DNA of 64,000 bases, from assembly GCA_018606645.1 (NCBI GenBank), contig JAGVRI010000004.1:142625-206624 (forward strand), in the 5' to 3' direction. The translations under genes were made by a program, and so were the position numbers. Positions 58,363 through 64,000 of this stretch are shown one piece after another; position 1 is the first letter of the stretch, and every line of letters starts with the position of its first letter. This DNA comes from Chloroflexota bacterium. Its GTDB lineage: Bacteria > Chloroflexota > Anaerolineae > JAAYZQ01. The notes under the pieces were generated by a model that did not search any database, was not told the DNA's origin, and saw nothing but the letters and a program-made list of their open reading frames with translations.

Positions 58363-61236
58363 TTAGCCTCCCCCGGCCTCCGGACCGGCCGCCAGCCAAC
58401 GGCGGGCCGCTTCCGGAATCTTGGCCAGGGGAAGGCGCAAGGTGGTGCATTCCGGCAGGGAGTTCAGGAATAGGGAGCCGTAGGACTTGGTCAGGATGCG
58501 GCGGTCCAGCACCACCACCACCCCCCGATCGGTCTTGGTCCGGATCAAGCGTCCAAACCCCTGACGGAAACGCAAGATCGTCTCCGGGATGGCATACTGA
58601 CCAAACGGGTCATCGAAGGTCTCGGCCCGGGCGGCAAAGATCGGGTCATCCGGGACCGAGAAAGGCAGGCGGACGATGACCAGCACGCTCAGCGCCGGCC
58701 CAACGACGTCCACCCCCTCCCAGAAGCTTCGGGTGCCCAACAGCACCGCTTTCGGAGCGGTGCGGAAATTTTCCAGCAACTGCACCCGCGACACCCCGGC
58801 TCCTTGCTGGCAGACAAGAATCCCTGCCTCGGCCAGCGGGCGACTGATGGCCTGAGTGGTGTTGCGCAACTGGGAATAGGAGGTGAACAGGATCAACGCC
58901 CGGCCCTCCGTCGCCAGGCAGAGGTCAACCAACGCCCTCTCGACCGTCTTCTGGTACAGGGGTTGATTGGGTTCTGGAATATCTTCGGGCAGGCAGAGCA
59001 GCGTCGAGCGCTGATAGTCAAAGGGAGAGCCCACGGCCAGTTCCTCGGCTTCCCAGGCATGCAGTCGCTCTCGGATGAAATCGAAGCGCTGGCCGGTGGT
59101 CAGCGTCGCTGAGGTGAGGATCACCGATTCTTTGGCATGGAACAGGTGCTTTTCGACCAGTCCCCCCACATGGAGCGGCGCGGCGTGGAGGGATACCTGC
59201 TCGTCCTGGGCGGAGAAATTGGCCCAGTAGATCGCCGAAGGCGAAGGTTCAGCCAGACAGGCATTGACCTGCTCCCGCATCTCCCGCAGGCGATTCCGGT
59301 ATCCGATACAATCCTGGACCATCCCCTCCAGGTCGGGGATATCGTAGCTTTCCAGTTCGGAAAGAACCCCCCATAACTTCTCCAGATCGCCCTCGATGTG
59401 ATAGAGCTGCGCGGAGAGGTTGTCCCAGGCTACCTCCACATCGCTCCACGCCGGTTGGACCCGCACCCCGCTGGTCAAACGGATCCGCTGGTCATAGTCG
59501 CCGTGTTGCGGACTGGCTTCCTGCAGAAAGCTGGTGAGGACGTGAAAGAGGGCGTATACGCTGCTCAATGCCGCTTCGATCTGACGCTGCAATTTGTGAG
59601 TATGGCCTTCTAGCACCGTCCAGATCTCAGCCGGGACCGCTCCTCGACAGCGGGCCAGCACCTCACTCAGAAAGCCGGTGTAGCGCCGCACACCGACCGG
59701 ACGGGACAGATCGGTCAGCAGGCGCTCCATCGTCCGTTGATCCACCTGGAAGCTCAACTGACGGGTCACGCTGTCTTCCAGGTGATGCGCTTCGTCCACG
59801 ATCAGGTAGCGATAATCGGGCAGGACCCGATTCTCCACCGCCACATCGGAGAGGAGCAGCGCGTGATTGACGATGATCAAATGGGCCTGTTCGGCCGCAC
59901 GCCGCGCCCGGTAGAAAAAACAACGCCCTCGCTCCCGATAGCGGCATCTCTCCAGAGTGCAGGTATCGCTCTCGGCGGAGATCTTGCCCCACAGGGCCTG
60001 CTCGATCGGATCGGGCATGAACAGTTCATCGCGCTCGCCCGTCTGGGTGCTGGGCAGCCAGACCAACACCTTGGCCAGCATCCGCATCTCTTCGGGTGAA
60101 CTGACCCCCGTCTTGCGCACCGCCTCCAGCCGTCGTTGGCAGAGATAGTTGCTCCGGCCCTTGAGCACTGCTGCCCGGAACTCGAAGGGCAGCAGTTTCT
60201 GCAACTCCGGCACATCTTTGCGGAAGAGCTGGTCCTGCAGATTGATAGTGTTGGTCGAGATCACCACCCGTTCGCCATTGAGGTAAGCAAAGGTTGCCGC
60301 CGGCAGCAGGTAGGCCAGGCTTTTGCCGGTGCCGGTGCCAGCTTCCACCAGGAGGTGTTGGCTGCGGTTGAGAGCGGTCGCCACGGCGCGGAGCATCTGC
60401 ACCTGCTGAGGTCGGTACTCGAAGCCAGGAAATCGTTGAGCCAGAAGCCCGCCTTCCTCCAGCATGGCCGCCAGCTCCTCGATATCGAGGGCCCGCGGCC
60501 GGGCAGCGCGGACCAGTTGCTCTTCTTCCTGGTCCGCTGCGAACAGGGGACCCAGCACTTCCTCCCGAGCCTCTAGTTGCGCCGCCAGTTGCTGGCCAAT
60601 CGCTCCCCGAAAGGCAATCCGGGCCTGACTCCGCTCCAGATCGCGAAAGACCTCCCTAAGACTCCAATCTACGCGCTCGGCCAGGCGGTTGATCTCCTCG
60701 AGGATAGCTCGGGGCAGTTGCTCGGCGCGTTCCAAAAGCGCGACGAACAGGTCTTTCACCGCCAGGGCGTCGGCCAGGGCGCGATGGGTGCACAAGTTGG
60801 GCAGGCCTAACGCCTCGCCCAGTTGGGCCAGGCTATAGCGGGCCGCATGGGGCACCAGGATGCTGGCCAGTTCGAACGTATCGATCACCGGATTGGATAG
60901 CGGCAGGTTGTGGCTCTGCAGGAAACTCAGGTCCAGCCCGATACTGTGACCCACCACCGGATGGTCGCCTACAAAGCGGCGGAGGGGCTGGATCACTTGC
61001 GAAAAGCGGGGAGCGCGGATCACCTCTTCCTGGGTGATCCCGGTCAACTGCTGGATCTGAAAAGGAATGGGGCGTCCAGGGTTGATCAGGCTGGACCAGG
61101 TATCCTGCACCTGGGCCTGGATGGAACTGCCATCCGAGAAGAGACGAAAACGAACCGCCCCGACCTCCACAATGGTGTCCACCCTGGGATCGGGTCCGGT
61201 CATTTCCAGGTCGAGGGCTACGTACGTTCGATTCAT
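58363..61236 (-). CDS. dinG: DnaQ-type exonuclease / DinG helicase fusion
   Basis: DLEMTG and HRALAD; EAGTGTGKS, DEAH, LTSAT, FWEGVD and QGFGRLIR. Confidence 0.9.
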   Translation of the reverse strand: MNRTYVALDLEMTGPDPRVDTIVEVGAVRFRLFSDGSSIQAQVQDTWSSLINPGRPIPFQIQQLTGITQEEVIRAPRFSQVIQPLRRFVGDHPVVGHSIGLDLSFLQSHNLPLSNPVIDTFELASILVPHAARYSLAQLGEALGLPNLCTHRALADALAVKDLFVALLERAEQLPRAILEEINRLAERVDWSLREVFRDLERSQARIAFRGAIGQQLAAQLEAREEVLGPLFAADQEEEQLVRAARPRALDIEELAAMLEEGGLLAQRFPGFEYRPQQVQMLRAVATALNRSQHLLVEAGTGTGKSLAYLLPAATFAYLNGERVVISTNTINLQDQLFRKDVPELQKLLPFEFRAAVLKGRSNYLCQRRLEAVRKTGVSSPEEMRMLAKVLVWLPSTQTGERDELFMPDPIEQALWGKISAESDTCTLERCRYRERGRCFFYRARRAAEQAHLIIVNHALLLSDVAVENRVLPDYRYLIVDEAHHLEDSVTRQLSFQVDQRTMERLLTDLSRPVGVRRYTGFLSEVLARCRGAVPAEIWTVLEGHTHKLQRQIEAALSSVYALFHVLTSFLQEASPQHGDYDQRIRLTSGVRVQPAWSDVEVAWDNLSAQLYHIEGDLEKLWGVLSELESYDIPDLEGMVQDCIGYRNRLREMREQVNACLAEPSPSAIYWANFSAQDEQVSLHAAPLHVGGLVEKHLFHAKESVILTSATLTTGQRFDFIRERLHAWEAEELAVGSPFDYQRSTLLCLPEDIPEPNQPLYQKTVERALVDLCLATEGRALILFTSYSQLRNTTQAISRPLAEAGILVCQQGAGVSRVQLLENFRTAPKAVLLGTRSFWEGVDVVGPALSVLVIVRLPFSVPDDPIFAARAETFDDPFGQYAIPETILRFRQGFGRLIRTKTDRGVVVVLDRRILTKSYGSLFLNSLPECTTLRLPLAKIPEAARRWLAAGPEAGGG

Positions 61237-61368
61237 GGGGAACTCCACTCTAGAGGGACAGGCTCCTTTCTCTCCCGCCTCCCATTGTATCGCAGGAGGG
61301 GGGAAAAGGCAAACCGGCGCCGCTCTGGGTCGCAACAGGTCTGATGCTGTTGGGACGCTGAGCCAAAT

Positions 61369-61422
61369 CTAACGAAACGCTAACACTTATCTAACCCGTT
61401 TCTAACATAAACCCTGTATTGT
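61369..61422 (+). promoter_or_regulatory. Four phased CTAAC direct repeats plus -10-like TATTGT upstream of dnaK
   Basis: CTAAC at 61369, 61380, 61391 and 61402 (11-bp period). Confidence 0.65.
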
Positions 61423-61548
61423 TAAGCTACGGCAAGACCTGGCCGGCTTGCAGCCGTTCAAACCAGTTTCAGAATCTGGCCGCCGAGCCTGGTTGGGTGT
61501 GCCGTAGAAATGGCAATGGAAAGAAGTCTGTTCGGAGGTTAAACGAAG

Positions 61549-63453
61549 ATGGGAAAAATTATCGGTATCGATCTGGGCACCACCAACAGCGTGGTCGCAG
61601 TGATGGAAGGCGGCGAGCCAGTCGTCATTCCCACGGCTGAGGGCGGCCGGCTTTGTCCGTCCGTGGTTGCCTTTACCAAGAACAACGAGCGGCTCGTAGG
61701 TCAGACCGCACGACGTCAGGCCGTGGTCAACCCAGATAATACGATCTTTTCGATCAAGCGACTGATGGGCCGTCGGTATGACGATCCGGAGGTGGTCAAA
61801 GCGCGGAAGGTCCTGCCTTACAAGATCGTTCAGGGCCCGGCTGGCGATGCCCGAGTGTACATCCCGCAGACCCGCAAGGAGTACACGCCGCAGGAAATCT
61901 CGGCGATGATCCTGCGCAAGTTGAAAGAAGACGCCGAAGCGTACCTGGGTGAGCGGGTGACGCAGGCGGTCATCACCGTACCTGCCTATTTCAACGATTC
62001 TCAGCGCCAGGCCACCAAGGACGCCGGCCAGATTGCCGGCCTGGAGGTGTTGCGCATCATCAATGAACCGACGGCGGCCTCCTTGGCCTACGGTCTGGAC
62101 AAGAAAGAGGCGGAGACGATTCTCGTCTTTGACCTGGGCGGTGGCACGTTTGATGTGTCCATCCTGGAGGTCGGAGACGGGGTCATCGAAGTCAAAGCGA
62201 CCAGCGGGGACACCTTCCTGGGTGGCGATGACTGGGATCAGCGCATCGTGGATTATGTCGCCGACGAATTCAAGAAGGAGCAGGGCATTGACCTTCGCCA
62301 AGATCGCCAGGCTCTCCAGCGACTCAAAGAAGCAGCCGAAAAGGCCAAAATCGAGCTCTCGACTGTCCTGGAGACCGAGATCAACCTGCCGTTCATCACC
62401 GCCGATGCCAGCGGTCCCAAACATCTCCAGATGAAACTCACCCGGGCCAAGCTGGAGCAGCTCACCGAGGACCTGGTGGAACGGTGTCGGATCCCGTTTG
62501 AGCAGGCCCTCCGGGATGCGAAACTGACCACCCGCGATATTGACGAAGTCGTGCTCGTGGGGGGCGCGACCCGGATGCCGATGATCCAAGAGTTGGTGCG
62601 CAAGCTGACCGGCGGTAAGGAGCCACACAAAGGGGTTAACCCCGACGAAGTGGTGGCGGTGGGTGCCGCCATTCAGGCCGGTGTGCTGGCCGGCGAGGTA
62701 AAAGATGTGTTGCTCCTGGATGTGACGCCGTTGACGTTGGGCGTCGAGACCTTGGGTGGGGTCATGACCCCGTTGATCGAGCGCAATACGACCATCCCGG
62801 TACGCAAGAGCGAGATCTTTAGCACCGCCGAGGACGGACAAACAGCGGTCACGATCCACGTCCTGCAAGGGGAACGGGCCATGGCCGCGGATAACATCAC
62901 CCTGGGTCGCTTTAACCTGGAGGGCATTCCGCCCGCGCCGCGAGGAGTCCCGAAGATCGAAGTCACGTTTGACATTGACGCCAATGGCATCCTGAATGTA
63001 ACGGCCAGGGACATGGCAACCGGCAAAGAGCAAAAGATCACCATCACGGCCAGCACCAATCTGACCAAGGAAGAGATCGAGCGCAAGATTCAGGAGGCCA
63101 AACGCTACGAAGCCGAGGACCGGCGGCGACGGGAGTTGGTGGAGGCACGCAATACCGCCGATCACCTGATCTACCAGACGGAGAAGGTGCTGCGCGACTT
63201 GGGCGACAAGGTGCCGGCTGGGGATCGATCTCGGATCGAACAGATCATCCAGGACCTGAAGCGGGCCAAGGAGGGCGAAGACACGAGCCGCATCCGGCAA
63301 CTGACCGAACAGTTACAGCAGGCCAGCTACGCCATCGGTCAGCAAATGTACGCCAGCCAACAGGCAGCGCCGGGCGGAAATGGGTCTGGCCGGTCGCCGC
63401 GCGGAGACACGGTGGGTGAGGAGTTTGTCGAAGGCGAGTTCCGTGAGGTATAA
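61549..63453 (+). CDS. dnaK: Chaperone DnaK (Hsp70)
   Basis: [25 protein letters not shown] and NPDEVVA. Confidence 0.98.
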   Translation: MGKIIGIDLGTTNSVVAVMEGGEPVVIPTAEGGRLCPSVVAFTKNNERLVGQTARRQAVVNPDNTIFSIKRLMGRRYDDPEVVKARKVLPYKIVQGPAGDARVYIPQTRKEYTPQEISAMILRKLKEDAEAYLGERVTQAVITVPAYFNDSQRQATKDAGQIAGLEVLRIINEPTAASLAYGLDKKEAETILVFDLGGGTFDVSILEVGDGVIEVKATSGDTFLGGDDWDQRIVDYVADEFKKEQGIDLRQDRQALQRLKEAAEKAKIELSTVLETEINLPFITADASGPKHLQMKLTRAKLEQLTEDLVERCRIPFEQALRDAKLTTRDIDEVVLVGGATRMPMIQELVRKLTGGKEPHKGVNPDEVVAVGAAIQAGVLAGEVKDVLLLDVTPLTLGVETLGGVMTPLIERNTTIPVRKSEIFSTAEDGQTAVTIHVLQGERAMAADNITLGRFNLEGIPPAPRGVPKIEVTFDIDANGILNVTARDMATGKEQKITITASTNLTKEEIERKIQEAKRYEAEDRRRRELVEARNTADHLIYQTEKVLRDLGDKVPAGDRSRIEQIIQDLKRAKEGEDTSRIRQLTEQLQQASYAIGQQMYASQQAAPGGNGSGRSPRGDTVGEEFVEGEFREV

Positions 63454-63510
63454 TGACCACCATCAGCGGGCCTGGACTCACCCAGGCCCGCTGTGATAGT
63501 GAGCAATCCG

Positions 63511-64000
63511 ATGAACAAACGCGTGACGATCCCGGTCAAAGTGATGGAACAGACAACGACGCCGGCGAGAGGAAATCCAGAGATGCCGGAGACTGCCAGG
63601 GCACAGATGGGTGCTTCCTCCGATCCGGCGGTTGAGCTCGATGGGGAGAAGCAACCCGCGCCGGGGCTAGCCGTGGCCTCTCAGGAAGACAGTTGGCGCG
63701 ATCTGGCCCTGCGCCTGCAGGCCGATATGGACAACTTTCGCAAGCGCCAGCAGCGGCTCGCGCAGGACCGAATCGAAGAGGAACGCCAACGGCTACTGGG
63801 CCTCTTTGTGGGGGTGATCGATGATCTCGAACGGGCCTTGGCTGTCCCACCTGGAGATGATGAGGCGCTCCGACAGGGTCTCCAGCTCACCCACCGGAAA
63901 ATGCTCCAACTGTTGCGCAAAGAGGGGGTGGAACCGATCGAGGCCCAACATCAGCCCTTCGACCCCCAGTGGCACGAGGCAGTGGCGATGGTCAGCCGTG
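63511..64000 (+). CDS. grpE: Nucleotide exchange factor GrpE (3'-truncated; absent from the ORF track)
   Basis: Translated by hand from ATG 63511: ...LRLQADMDNFRKR...DDLERAL...FDPQWHEA. Confidence 0.92.
   Translation, partial: MNKRVTIPVKVMEQTTTPARGNPEMPETARAQMGASSDPAVELDGEKQPAPGLAVASQEDSWRDLALRLQADMDNFRKRQQRLAQDRIEEERQRLLGLFVGVIDDLERALAVPPGDDEALRQGLQLTHRKMLQLLRKEGVEPIEAQHQPFDPQWHEAVAMVSR

Noticed and set aside
63453-63635. Small ORF after dnaK (DafA-like?)
   Set aside because: It overlaps grpE, which starts at 63511 in another frame, and spans an intergenic hairpin; no motif.

Overview
GC-rich bacterial chromosome segment. I infer Chloroflexota, probably Anaerolineae, from YLPL-motif surface proteins, P/T-rich linkers, several GT39 enzymes and hairpin repeat types. 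Core genes: proS, greA-lysS, rimO, pyrC-pyrB, proline dehydrogenase, a DnaQ-DinG fusion, dnaK-grpE, a complete mrpABCDEFG antiporter operon, two sensor kinases around a receiver protein, tRNA-Gln, tRNA-Ile2 and tRNA-Gly. There is no intact transposase, integrase, phage, CRISPR array or reverse transcriptase. Most notable: (1) a collapsed tandem duplication of at least ~8.7 kb, readable from collinear gene scraps joined at microhomologies (48694-49009). It kept two Trp/Tyr-rich secreted paralogues with consensus promoters that differ mainly at their ends, plus one intact and one decayed tRNA-Gly. (2) A citryl-CoA synthetase/lyase-like operon with a ferredoxin-fused beta subunit, an HD protein and an atypical LeuC/LeuD pair. 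(3) Four CTAAC repeats at an exact 11-bp period upstream of dnaK. (4) A candidate anti-Shine-Dalgarno sRNA, terminator-containing leaders before greA and pyrC, and a ~140-bp inverted repeat pair around greA-lysS. All calls come from reading motifs by eye; no database searches were run.
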